Shown in pieces: positions 18,812-28,468 of a stretch of 64,000 nt of DNA; the stretch's first letter is position 1; each line of letters begins with the position of its first letter. The DNA is taken from the NCBI GenBank assembly GCA_965228735.1, contig OZ245838.1, forward strand, positions 6,272,001 through 6,336,000. Reading direction: 5' to 3'. The notes beneath the pieces were generated by a model. That model was not told the DNA's origin and did not search any database. It worked only from the letters and a program-made list of their open reading frames with translations. This DNA comes from Planctomycetota bacterium (GTDB lineage Bacteria > Planctomycetota > UBA1135 > UBA2386). Made by a program: the position numbers and the translations under genes.

Positions 18812-21079
18812 ATGCTACGCGTTCTCACCACCCTCGTATCCACCCTGCTCGCGGCGTCCGCGCTCGCGCAATCCAACGCCGTGCAGGGAACGGACGTCAA
18901 CCTCTACGAAATCTACGGGAGCACCGTTCACGGGCGTCGTGGGCCGTCGTATCCCGGCGGTGAAGTAGGGGTCACGTTCGGGCACGGGTTCTGCAACGCC
19001 GGCACGGTGCACGTGCCGTGGCAGACGACGTCGCCGGGTGCGACGATGGTGGACGTCCACTTCAAGATCGCGTTCATGGTGGCGCGTGAGAGCAACGGCC
19101 GCATGGTCCAGGTCTCGACGTCCGAGACCGGCGTGAAGCACTCGCGCACGACCTACAACCTCGGCTCGAGTCTGTGCGGGACGATGATCCCGGGGCCGTC
19201 GAGCACGTTCTACATCGGCGCCTACGACGCCTACAACGCGTCGTACTGGAACGCCGATCGCTACAACCTCGGCCCGAGCGACGAGGTCAACCCCTGGCTC
19301 GGTTCCTGGGATCCGGTCGGCAGCTACTTCGATCGCGGTGACCCGGCGGTCGGTGGCGGCGCTGCGAACGACGGCCGGCAGTCGCTGACGTCGTCGCAGA
19401 CGGGCGCGTTCGACGAGGTCAAGAACCGCGTCGTCATCCCCGAGGCCGAGCTGTCGCAGCCGGGCACGTTCTTCGCCCAGGTGCACTTGACGTGCGAGGG
19501 TGAGCCCGTGGCCAACCGCGGCAACAACCTGCGCAGCGAGCGGATGTCGTACAACTGGAACGGCAGCAGCTGGTCGTCGAGCAACCAGGGCAACGAGGTC
19601 GCCGGTTCGGTTCTCAACCAGTGGCAGGGCGCGAACGTGTCGCTCGGCGGCAACGGCAACGACGACGGGCGCTTCGCCGTCGGCGTCGTCGTCACGGGGC
19701 CGACCAACGGCATCTACCACTACGAGTACGCCGTCCACAACGTCGACAACCATCGCGGCGGTGCTTCCTTCCGCCTGCCGCTACCGCCGGGTGCGAACGT
19801 GACGAACGCGGGCTTCCGCGACATCGACACCAACGCGCTCAACGAGTGGAACATCAGCCAGAACGCCTCCGAGATCGCGTGGACCGCGGCGGCGAACAAC
19901 CCGCTCAACTGGAACTCGATCTACAACTTCTGGTTCGACTGCGACGCCGCGCCCGGTGGCGGCACGGCCGTGATCGACCAGGCCCGCATCGGCCCCGGCG
20001 CGCTCGACGTCTCGGTCAGCACCGAGGTGCCGGGTGGTTCCCCGGCCGCGACCGTCGCCCAGTTCGGCAACGGCTGCGGTTCGTGCACGCCGGCGTTCTA
20101 CGAGCTGTTCTCGCCGGCGGCCAACATCGACCTCTCCGGCTCGTCGGCCGTGATGAGCTACGGTGGCGGTGAGTACAACGTCGGCAACGGCTCGACCCAG
20201 TACCTCGCGCCGGCGAGCGCCGACCTCGGCCTCGGCAACGACGACCACGTGCAGGTCAACCTGCCGTTCTCGCTGCCCTACCCCGGCGGTTCGACGAACT
20301 CGCTCTGGGTCTGCTCGAACGGCTTCGTGTCGACGACGGCCGCGAACGGGACCGGCTGGCTGCCGATCATCAGCTCGTTCCTGAGCGGCGCGACGCGTTG
20401 GGCCGCGGGCATGCACGACCTCGATCCGTCGACGGCCGGCAGCGTGCACTTCGACGCCTCGCCGACCGTGGCGACGGTGACGTGGCTCAACGTCGCGAAC
20501 TTCCTGTCCGGCAGCTTCCCGGGCACGACCACGATGCAGCTGCAGTTCTACCCGAACGGTGACGTGCACATGATCTGGCAGTCGATGTCGAACACGGGTG
20601 TGCCGTGGGTCGTCGGCTACACGCCGGGTGGCGTCACGGTCGATCCGGGTAGCATCGACATCAGCTCCGAGGTGGGCAACGGTTTCCGGCTGTGCATGGC
20701 GACCGTCGAAGAGCTCGCTCTCGACGCCAGCGCTCCGCCGGTCGTCGGCTCCCAGCTCGACCAGATCACGTCGAGCATCAGCCAGCCGGGCACGCCGTTC
20801 GGCGCGACCCTGATGACGATCACGCCGCCCGCGTCGCCGATCGACCTCAGCGGGTTCGGCCTCGAGGGCTGCTCGGGCTACGTGCCGTCGAGCGGTTCGG
20901 TGACGGCCTTCTGGACGACGGGCGGCAACGCCACGGTCCAGGTGCCGTTCGCGGTGCCGAACAACAACGCGTTCATCGGGCTCGAGATCACGAGCCAGAG
21001 CTTCGCCTACACGCCGGCCGCCGGCACGTCGATCGGGCTCATCGTCTCGAACGGCCTGCTGATGACCGTCGGCATCTAG
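18812..21079 (+). CDS. Secreted multidomain surface protein (nidogen-like central domain) with shared C-terminal domain
   Basis: Signal peptide ending ALA-Q. Ser/Gly/Asn-rich. LPFSLPYPGGSTNSLWVCSNGFV...DLDP...VTW nidogen-like segment. Confidence 0.75.
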   Translation: MLRVLTTLVSTLLAASALAQSNAVQGTDVNLYEIYGSTVHGRRGPSYPGGEVGVTFGHGFCNAGTVHVPWQTTSPGATMVDVHFKIAFMVARESNGRMVQVSTSETGVKHSRTTYNLGSSLCGTMIPGPSSTFYIGAYDAYNASYWNADRYNLGPSDEVNPWLGSWDPVGSYFDRGDPAVGGGAANDGRQSLTSSQTGAFDEVKNRVVIPEAELSQPGTFFAQVHLTCEGEPVANRGNNLRSERMSYNWNGSSWSSSNQGNEVAGSVLNQWQGANVSLGGNGNDDGRFAVGVVVTGPTNGIYHYEYAVHNVDNHRGGASFRLPLPPGANVTNAGFRDIDTNALNEWNISQNASEIAWTAAANNPLNWNSIYNFWFDCDAAPGGGTAVIDQARIGPGALDVSVSTEVPGGSPAATVAQFGNGCGSCTPAFYELFSPAANIDLSGSSAVMSYGGGEYNVGNGSTQYLAPASADLGLGNDDHVQVNLPFSLPYPGGSTNSLWVCSNGFVSTTAANGTGWLPIISSFLSGATRWAAGMHDLDPSTAGSVHFDASPTVATVTWLNVANFLSGSFPGTTTMQLQFYPNGDVHMIWQSMSNTGVPWVVGYTPGGVTVDPGSIDISSEVGNGFRLCMATVEELALDASAPPVVGSQLDQITSSISQPGTPFGATLMTITPPASPIDLSGFGLEGCSGYVPSSGSVTAFWTTGGNATVQVPFAVPNNNAFIGLEITSQSFAYTPAAGTSIGLIVSNGLLMTVGI

Positions 21080-21096
21080 CAGGAGCTGCGCGGGAT

Positions 21097-21132
21097 CGCC
21101 CGCCCGGGATGGTTGTCCCGGCGGGGCGGGCG
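21097..21132 (+). terminator. GC-rich hairpin after the 18812 gene
   Basis: CGCCCGCCCGGGA...TCCCGGCGGGGCGGGCG imperfect stem with no clear U-tract. Confidence 0.35.
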
Positions 21133-21154
21133 TCGGCGTTACGATGCCGACGCC

Positions 21155-22705
21155 ATGCCCTGCCGCCGTGCGTCGCTCCCGCTGCTCGCAGTCCTCGGCT
21201 CTGCGGCTCCGCCCGCTGCGCTCGCGCAATCGGCGGAGCCGAGTCATGTACCGGTGCACACGCCGCGGCTGTGGGACGACGCGGCGCTGCGCGACTGGGC
21301 GTTGCCGGTCGCGGCGCTGGGGGTGGCGCCGGCGCACATGCCCGCAGCGGACTACTACGCGTTGCCCGTCGACAACCTCCGGACCTATCCCGTCTACCAC
21401 CCGGATCGCGAGCCGCCCGGCTACCTCGACGAGATTCGCCGGCGCGGGCCGCAGCCGCTCGTCGATCCCACAGCGCTCGATGGCCAGCCGGAGGCCGTCT
21501 GGATCGAGACCGGCCGCCGCGTCTTCGATGAGCTCGACTCGTGGTTCTTCCGCACCTCGGACCCCGACGTCATCGCGCACTTCCGCAGCGCGAAGTCGAT
21601 CGACGCGACGCGGGACGACCGCAACGATCGCATCACCGCGGACGGCATCCTGCCGGTCTACCGTTGGGTCGTCGACCGCGACGGTGTGCTGAACATCTCG
21701 CTGCAGAGCTGTGGCAGCTGCCACCATCGGATCGACGACACCGGCCATCTCGTGCCCGGCGGGCCGCCGAATTACTCGCTCGCGGAGAACGCCGCGGTCT
21801 CGCACATCCTCGGCCTCGTGCGCGACGTGCCGGGAGTCGCGCCCGGCGAGCTGTTCTACGCGTCGTTCGGCGTGCCGTGGCTGGCGGGCGACGTGCACGA
21901 GAGGTATCGCAAGGCGCCAGGGAGCGAGATCGGCAGGCTCTTCTCGTTGCCGACCGGAGCGCCGGAGAACACGACGTTCGATCGCATCAACGGCAGCCCG
22001 TTCTTCGCGACGCGCCTCAGCGATCTGCGGGGCGTGCGCCACCGCCGGTTCCTCGACGCGACGGCGACGCATCGCAATCGGGGTCCCGAGGACATCGCGC
22101 GCTACGGGATTCTCGTGGAGGTCGCCGACACCGGCGTGTTCGGTGAGCACCGGTTGTCCGAGGCGCTGCCGACCGAGCGTTACCGGCCCGAGGACGCGGC
22201 GATGTATGCGCTCGCGCTCTACCTCTGGTCGACCGAGCGACCGCGACCCGCGGCCCCGCCGAGCGACCTGGCGCGGCGCGGTCAGGCGGTCTTCGAGGCG
22301 GAGGGCTGTCACAAGTGTCACAGCCCGCCGCACTACACCAACAACGAACTCGTCCGGGCACCGGGTTTCGACCCCGTGCTCGATGCTCCGCCCTATCGCG
22401 ATCTGCCGATCATGCGCCGCCGCGTCGACACGGACCCGGGGCTCGCGCTGCGGACCCGCAAGGGCACGGGGCTCTACAAGGTGCCGTCACTGCGCGGCGT
22501 GCGGTACCGCGAGTTGCTCGGCCACAGCGGCTCGGTGAAACGGCTCGAGGACTGGTTCGATCCCGCCCGGCTCGAGGAAGACTACGTGCCCACGGGCTGG
22601 CGCGGTCCGGGCGTCGAGCGTCGCGCCGTGCCGGGCCACGAGTTCGGCCTCGATCTGGAGCCCGCCGACAAGCGCGCGCTGCTTGCGTTCCTGCGGACGC
22701 TGTAG
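21155..22705 (+). CDS. Secreted di-heme c-type cytochrome (RoxA / cytochrome c peroxidase-like)
   Basis: Two CxxCH motifs (CGSCH 21710-21724; CHKCH 22307-22321). YKVPSLRGV...HSGSV and GHEFG..L...DKRALLAFLRTL C-terminus. Confidence 0.82.
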   Translation: MPCRRASLPLLAVLGSAAPPAALAQSAEPSHVPVHTPRLWDDAALRDWALPVAALGVAPAHMPAADYYALPVDNLRTYPVYHPDREPPGYLDEIRRRGPQPLVDPTALDGQPEAVWIETGRRVFDELDSWFFRTSDPDVIAHFRSAKSIDATRDDRNDRITADGILPVYRWVVDRDGVLNISLQSCGSCHHRIDDTGHLVPGGPPNYSLAENAAVSHILGLVRDVPGVAPGELFYASFGVPWLAGDVHERYRKAPGSEIGRLFSLPTGAPENTTFDRINGSPFFATRLSDLRGVRHRRFLDATATHRNRGPEDIARYGILVEVADTGVFGEHRLSEALPTERYRPEDAAMYALALYLWSTERPRPAAPPSDLARRGQAVFEAEGCHKCHSPPHYTNNELVRAPGFDPVLDAPPYRDLPIMRRRVDTDPGLALRTRKGTGLYKVPSLRGVRYRELLGHSGSVKRLEDWFDPARLEEDYVPTGWRGPGVERRAVPGHEFGLDLEPADKRALLAFLRTL

Positions 22706-22879
22706 TCCTGGATCAGCGCCGCAAGCTCGGCCGAACCGCCGCGTGCGGCGGCCGGGGCGGGGGGCCGAGACTGCGTCATGCGCCCCGCTCGATCCGGGCT
22801 GCGGCGGGTCGGCCGGTCCGGCAACACTTCCCGCGACCGCGGCGTGCAGCGAACGGCGGGGTTCGTAGACTGTTCGGCG

Positions 22880-25408
22880 ATGTCACGATCCATCCCGATT
22901 CTCGGTCTCCTGGCCGCCGCGCTGTTCGCCCAGCCGGTCGAGGCGCAGGACTTCACCAAGGACGAGCAGGCGCTGGCCAAGAAGGCCGTCCGGCAGCTGA
23001 CGCGCTTCGCGCGCACGGCCAAGTCGCGCAAGGTCGGCCCGCGCGCCAAACAGGCGTTCGACCTGGTCCTCGAATACGACGCGGACCACAAGGCGACGCG
23101 ACGCGAGCTCGACTTCAAGCGGGTCGGCGACGAGTGGGTGCTCGAGCCGCCCGAGAAGCGCACGAGCTGGAAGGACAAGGCCACCTACGAGAACCGGTTC
23201 AAGGTCGCGGACGAGTGGTACAAGGTCTGCATCGAGCTCAGTGAGTTGCACAAGACGCTCGGCCTCAAGATGCAGAAGGCGGGTGCCGGTGGAGCGACGT
23301 TCCACCTCGAGAAGGCCGTCTACTTCAACGCGATGGACGAAGAGGCCAACCTCGCGCTCGGCTACGAGCAGGGGCCCGGATTCTTCGGCACGCCCGAGCA
23401 GATCGCCTTCGCGAAGAAGATGAAGGAGATCGAGGTGCGCGCCGTCGAGATCGCGCGCAAGGAGTACCCGGTCGAGGCGCTCCCGATGGAGGATCTGCCG
23501 CAGCAGCTCGCCAACCTGCAGATGGCGGTGCCGGAGTTCATGAAGAAGCCGAACATCGACATCTTCGGCGCCAAGTCGAAGAACTTCGTGATCTGGACGC
23601 GCGGCACGCAGGACAACGCCAACGACTACGTGCAGTGGGCCGAACGCGGGCTCGAGTTCGTCGTCTACCTCTTGGGTGAGAAGCGCGCCAAGCAGATGCG
23701 GGTCGTCGACCGGGTCGCGAAGAACTACAAGTGGCGCGCGTTCTTGTTCACGCGACGGGAGCGCGAGGAGTTCCTCAAGGCCAACCCCGAGACCTGGGAG
23801 GGCGCGAAGTCCGTCGATGAGGCCATGCGCTTCAGCAATACGGTGTTTCGGGTTCCGGGCGGTCGCGCGCTCCTCGAGGTCGGCAGCGCGCCGCGCACCG
23901 TGCACGACAGCCTGATCGCGTACGCCGCGCACGACGGGTTCGCCCAGGATCGGAACGTCGGTCTCGGACAGGGTTTCGTGCACGCGGTGTGCTGGTACCT
24001 GAAGGCGACGTCCATCTCCAAGTGGGGCGCGCTGCCCGAAGGCACGGTCGGCGATGACGCGCTGCCGCTGCCGCAGGGCACGGCGTGGTGGATGCGCACG
24101 ATCCGCGACCAGGCGTCGTCGAACACGGATTGGCCGCTCGCGCAGGTGCCGCGTGAGCGGTTGTCGCGGTTCCGGAACAACTGCCGCATGAAGACCTGGA
24201 GCTTCACGACCTGGGTGCTCGCGGCCTACCCGGACAAGTGGCAGGAGCTGTTCCTCAAGATGCCGAAGGGTGAGAAGCGCCCACCGACGCTCGAGGAGGT
24301 CGATGCGGTGTTCGTGAAGGTCCTCGGCAAGAAGGCCGCGGTCGTCGATGCCGAATGGCGGGAGTGGGCGCGCGGTGATTCGGGCGTCGCGTTCGGAACC
24401 GGCTATGGCCCGCCGCTGTTGCCGGCTCGCCCGAGCAAGCTCGAACTCGCCGCGCTCGAGCGGATCAACGAGGTGCGCGCGCAGCCGATGGCGTACTCCT
24501 GGCCGAAGGGCGAGGACATGCGCAAGGGCTCGTTGTCCGGACTGCCGCCGTGCGAGATGGACGCCGAGGCGTCGATGGGTTGCGAAGCGCACGCGCTCTA
24601 CGTGACCAACCACCAGGAACTGCACGAGAACCCGGGGCCGGAGATCCACGAGGAGAACCCGGCGCACGACGACTTCTCCCGCAAGGGGCAGCTCGCCGGT
24701 TCGGGCAACATCATCAGCGGCTACGGTCAACGCAGCGAGAGCTTTGCCGCCGACTCGATCGACGGCTGGATGGGCGTGCCGTATCACCGCTTCCCGATGT
24801 TGCAGCACAACATCAAGCGCCTCGGCTACAGCTACGTCTACGAGAACGACCTGTCCGTCGCGGTCGTCGACATGCACTCGTTGGAGGAGCCCTACGACCA
24901 GGCAACGGCGCCGCGCTTCCTGATCTGGCCGTTCCCGGGGCAGACCAAGGTGCCGTACGGGTTCCCGAACCCGGAGAGCCCGAACCCGCTGGCGGACCAG
25001 CCGGAGGAGGACCAGGACGTCACGAAGTGCGGCTATCCGATCAGCCTGCAGGTTCAGCGGGAGCTCGCGGGCAACCTCGTGGATGCCTCGATCGAGGTCT
25101 ACGAGTCGCGCAAGGGCGGGCGTCCGCCGACGCAGCACTTCCTGAGTCCGCAGGAGAACGGTGCGATCCTCAAGGAATGGAAGGACCGGACGAAGGGTGA
25201 TCCGATCCCGCTGTGGGTGCACACGCCGCGCGTGCCGCTCAACAAGAAGCAGGACCGTCGTGACGTCGTGTTCGGCCTCCCGAAGGAGCCCCTGAAGAAG
25301 GGCAAGGCCTACCAGGTGCACGTCATGCTGCACTTCGGCGGCAACGATCCGCTGATCTTCGTCTGGGAGTTCGTCACGGGCTCGCACCCGGGGCTCATGA
25401 AGTTCTAG
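22880..25408 (+). CDS. Large secreted protein with CAP (SCP-like) domain
   Basis: Signal peptide ending VEA-Q. LERINEVRA...CEAHALY...HEE...IDGWMGVPYHRFPML...KRLGY CAP signature. Confidence 0.75.
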   Translation: MSRSIPILGLLAAALFAQPVEAQDFTKDEQALAKKAVRQLTRFARTAKSRKVGPRAKQAFDLVLEYDADHKATRRELDFKRVGDEWVLEPPEKRTSWKDKATYENRFKVADEWYKVCIELSELHKTLGLKMQKAGAGGATFHLEKAVYFNAMDEEANLALGYEQGPGFFGTPEQIAFAKKMKEIEVRAVEIARKEYPVEALPMEDLPQQLANLQMAVPEFMKKPNIDIFGAKSKNFVIWTRGTQDNANDYVQWAERGLEFVVYLLGEKRAKQMRVVDRVAKNYKWRAFLFTRREREEFLKANPETWEGAKSVDEAMRFSNTVFRVPGGRALLEVGSAPRTVHDSLIAYAAHDGFAQDRNVGLGQGFVHAVCWYLKATSISKWGALPEGTVGDDALPLPQGTAWWMRTIRDQASSNTDWPLAQVPRERLSRFRNNCRMKTWSFTTWVLAAYPDKWQELFLKMPKGEKRPPTLEEVDAVFVKVLGKKAAVVDAEWREWARGDSGVAFGTGYGPPLLPARPSKLELAALERINEVRAQPMAYSWPKGEDMRKGSLSGLPPCEMDAEASMGCEAHALYVTNHQELHENPGPEIHEENPAHDDFSRKGQLAGSGNIISGYGQRSESFAADSIDGWMGVPYHRFPMLQHNIKRLGYSYVYENDLSVAVVDMHSLEEPYDQATAPRFLIWPFPGQTKVPYGFPNPESPNPLADQPEEDQDVTKCGYPISLQVQRELAGNLVDASIEVYESRKGGRPPTQHFLSPQENGAILKEWKDRTKGDPIPLWVHTPRVPLNKKQDRRDVVFGLPKEPLKKGKAYQVHVMLHFGGNDPLIFVWEFVTGSHPGLMKF

Positions 25409-25429
25409 CCGAACGGTCCCGTTCCCACG

Positions 25430-25495
25430 GAGGCACGCAGTCGCGTCGACGGGCGAGGCTGCGTGCCTCTCGCGTTTCGTTTCGTTCGTCGTTTC
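25430..25495 (+). terminator. Intrinsic terminator
   Basis: Stem GAGGCACGCAG (25430-25440) / CTGCGTGCCTC (25459-25469) followed by a T-rich tract. Confidence 0.65.
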
Positions 25496-25602
25496 GCCCA
25501 CCGTTCGGGGGGCCGGGCTTGCAACGGGCCCGGCCGCGAACACAATCCGTCGCCAGATTCCCCAACCCCGAGCCCCCGGCGGCAGCGCCGCCCCGAACTG
25601 CA

Positions 25603-26523
25603 ATGTCCGAACGCGTCGAAGAGATCCTCTCCTGGTACGAAGCCGACAACCCCGGCGTCCTCAAGAACCTCCGCTGGATGATGGACACCGGCGCGCTCGC
25701 CGGGACCGGCAAGTTCGTCATCCTGCCGGTCGACCAGGGCTTCGAGCACGGCCCGGCCCGCACGTTCGCGAAGAACGCGCCGGGCTACGATCCGCACTAC
25801 CACTTCCAGCTCGCGCTCGAGTCGGGCTGCAACGCCTACGCTGCGCCGCTCGGTTTCCTCGAGGCCGGCGCGCGCAAGTACGCGGGGCAGATTCCGCTGA
25901 TCCTCAAGCTCAACAACAGCGACTCGCTGTGGAGCAGTCCGGATCCCAAGCCCGCAGTCACGGGTTCGGTCGATGACGCGCTGCGCCTCGGTTGCGCGGC
26001 GATCGGCTTCACGATCTACCCGGGGTCGTGCATGCGGAACGAGATGTACATGGAGCTGCGCGAGATCGCGGAGGAAGCCAAAGCGGCCGGCCTCGCGGTC
26101 GTCGTGTGGAGCTACCCGCGCGGCAGCGGTCTGAGCAAGGAAGGTGAGACCGCCGTCGATGTCGCGGCCTACGCGGCGCAGATTGCTGCGCAACTCGGCG
26201 CGCACATCATCAAGGTCAAGCCGGCGACCGAGAAGATCGAGCAGGACGCCGCCCGCAAGGTCTACGAGTCGGAGAACATCCCGATCGGCACGCTCGCGGA
26301 ACGGACGCGTCACGTCGTGCAGTCATCGTTCGGCGGCCGCCGTATCGTGATCTTCAGCGGCGGCGCCGCGAAGGGCACCGACGCCGTCCTCGAGGAGATC
26401 CAGGGCCTCGCCGATGGCGGCGCGTTCGGCTCGATCATGGGCCGCAACGCGTTCCAGCGCCCGAAGGCCGAGGCGCTGGAGTTGCTGAAGACGGTGCAGG
26501 AGATCTACCGCAAGGCCAAGTGA
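25603..26523 (+). CDS. fbaB: Class I fructose-bisphosphate aldolase (DhnA type)
   Basis: ILPVDQGFEHGP, WSYPRG, HIIKVK (Schiff-base Lys), FSGG and GRNAFQRP. Confidence 0.95.
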   Translation: MSERVEEILSWYEADNPGVLKNLRWMMDTGALAGTGKFVILPVDQGFEHGPARTFAKNAPGYDPHYHFQLALESGCNAYAAPLGFLEAGARKYAGQIPLILKLNNSDSLWSSPDPKPAVTGSVDDALRLGCAAIGFTIYPGSCMRNEMYMELREIAEEAKAAGLAVVVWSYPRGSGLSKEGETAVDVAAYAAQIAAQLGAHIIKVKPATEKIEQDAARKVYESENIPIGTLAERTRHVVQSSFGGRRIVIFSGGAAKGTDAVLEEIQGLADGGAFGSIMGRNAFQRPKAEALELLKTVQEIYRKAK

Positions 26524-26565
26524 GTCACGCGCCTGCGGCGCGAGGCTCACTTGGCCTTGCGGTAG
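26505..26565. repeat. Near-perfect 61-nt palindrome overlapping the fbaB 3' end
   Basis: CTACCGCAAGGCCAAGTGAG (26505-26524) is the exact reverse complement of 26546-26565. An inner CGCGCC/GGCGCG stem closes a 3-nt loop. Confidence 0.95.
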
Positions 26566-26878
26566 GTGTCTTCCTCGCTGCTCGGCGATGACCGCCGAGG
26601 GCGTGGCCTGGCCCGTTGGCGCCGGCACGCAGCGAGGGGGGGCGCCTTCGGCGCCAGGACCTGGCCATGCCCCCTCGCTTGGAAAGCGGCCGTACCGAAC
26701 CCGTTTCGAATTCGCCACTCCTGGTGCTCCGCAGCGAGCGGTTCGGGTACGTGGTGGCCGGTTTGGCGGGCTTGTCTCTTCGATCGGATGGGGGACATCG
26801 TTCTGCGGGGTTTGTGGGGGCGGCGGGGACTTCGTCTTCCTGCGATAATCTGGGGGGCGTTTCGTCTACTTCGGCACC

Positions 26879-28468
26879 ATGGACCTGCGGATGCGGACTC
26901 TCGGTTCGGCGACTCTGGCGGCCTGGCTCGGTGGCCTTGGCGTCGTTTCGGCGCAGGAACCGCAGCCGTCGGCGTGGCTGCCGCCCGAGTGTCTGTTCGC
27001 CGTGTCGGTGCCGGCGCCCGTCGAAGCCGTGCGGTCGTTGGCCGGTGCCGCTGGCGGCCTGCCGACCGACTTGCCGGATGACGTGCAGGCGTTGGCGGGC
27101 GCGGGGATGTTGTTCCTGCGGTCGCAGATCGGCGGTTCGGTCGAGGACTTCGTCGAACGGATGGCGGGGTCGGGGGCGGCGTTCGGGGTGCTGCGGGGGG
27201 ACGGCAAGCGCCGGTTCCTGCCCGTTCTCGTAACGCGGCCCGGCGACCCGAAGGCCGCGGCCGCGTTCTTCGAGCGCTTTCCCCGGGCGGCGGTCGCGAC
27301 GCACGACGGGTTGCTGCTCGTGAGCAACGCGCGTGCGGGGCTCGCGCGCCTGCAGGAGCACTGCGAGAACGTCGAGCCGTCGGGCAGGGCCGCCGAGCCG
27401 CCCACCGATGCCGCGATCGCCGGTCGTGTCGACCTCCTCGCACTTCGCGAACTCGTGCCGGCGTTGCGTCCGCGGGAACTCGGCGTCGGCCCCGGATTGT
27501 TGTTCGCTCCGCTCGTCGCCGCGTTCGGGGAAGCGGCAGCGATCGACCTGCGCCTGCTGGTCGACGACGATTCTGCGATCCGTTTCTCGGCGAGCCTCGA
27601 CGCCGGGATCCGGGGCGCGCGCGCCGCCGGACTGCTCGCGGCCGGCGGCGGCGAACGCGATCTCGCGCCGCTCCCGAGGAGCGGCATCGCCCAGATCGCG
27701 CTCGACCGCAGCGTCGCGGCGCTGCTGCGCGCGCCCGAGGAGTTCGTGAACATGGCCGGGCAGCTGCAGGTGCAGAGCTTCCTGTCCATCGCCGACGCCA
27801 TCGACGGCGCGACGACGTCGTTCACCGAGGATCTGGTCGGCGGGCTCGGTGAGCCGATCCTCGTGACGATCGTGGAGGACGAACCGCCCGCTCCGCGGTC
27901 GCCGTTCGTGCTCCCTGGCATCGTGCTGAGTGCCCCGATGAAGGGCGACGAGGTCGAGACGGTGATGCGCCGGGCGGCCCAGGTCTTCGCCGTGATCGTC
28001 AACGCCGAACGGGCGCAGAATCGCCAGCGACCGTTCCTCGTCCGCTCGGCGCCGAGCGAGTTCGGCCGCGGCCTCGTCGCGGAACCGCCCCCGTGGCGCG
28101 GACCCGGTGAACCGCCGGTGGAGGATGCGCTGACGCCCACGCTGCTCTTCGGCAACGGCCACGTTCTCCTGGCGACGACGCTGCCGGCCGCCGAGGCAGT
28201 GCTCTCGACGCTCGCCGAACAGGGACCCGAACGCATCGCCGGCGACCGCATCCAGCTGCGCGGACCGACGATTGCCCGGGCGCTCGAGCGCAGCCGTTCA
28301 CCGCTCGAACTGGCGCGCATGCTCGACGAAGGCGAGACGCCGCGCGAGGCCGCGCGCTTCTGGGACATCGCGATCGCGCTCGCGAACGTGATGGCCCGCC
28401 TCGACGTCGCGATCGACTTCGGCGCCGACGCGACGACCCTGGTCCTCGAACTGGAGCGCGCCCGATGA
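26879..28468 (+). CDS. Hypothetical secreted protein, first gene of DUF1800/DUF1501 operon
   Basis: Signal peptide ending VSA-Q. Stop overlaps the next start (ATGA). Confidence 0.7.
   Translation: MDLRMRTLGSATLAAWLGGLGVVSAQEPQPSAWLPPECLFAVSVPAPVEAVRSLAGAAGGLPTDLPDDVQALAGAGMLFLRSQIGGSVEDFVERMAGSGAAFGVLRGDGKRRFLPVLVTRPGDPKAAAAFFERFPRAAVATHDGLLLVSNARAGLARLQEHCENVEPSGRAAEPPTDAAIAGRVDLLALRELVPALRPRELGVGPGLLFAPLVAAFGEAAAIDLRLLVDDDSAIRFSASLDAGIRGARAAGLLAAGGGERDLAPLPRSGIAQIALDRSVAALLRAPEEFVNMAGQLQVQSFLSIADAIDGATTSFTEDLVGGLGEPILVTIVEDEPPAPRSPFVLPGIVLSAPMKGDEVETVMRRAAQVFAVIVNAERAQNRQRPFLVRSAPSEFGRGLVAEPPPWRGPGEPPVEDALTPTLLFGNGHVLLATTLPAAEAVLSTLAEQGPERIAGDRIQLRGPTIARALERSRSPLELARMLDEGETPREAARFWDIAIALANVMARLDVAIDFGADATTLVLELERAR

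Noticed and set aside
26547..27443. Minus-strand ORF ending in the same YRKAK as FbaB
   Set aside because: Arg/Pro-rich shadow translation. The shared ending is simply a consequence of the palindrome.
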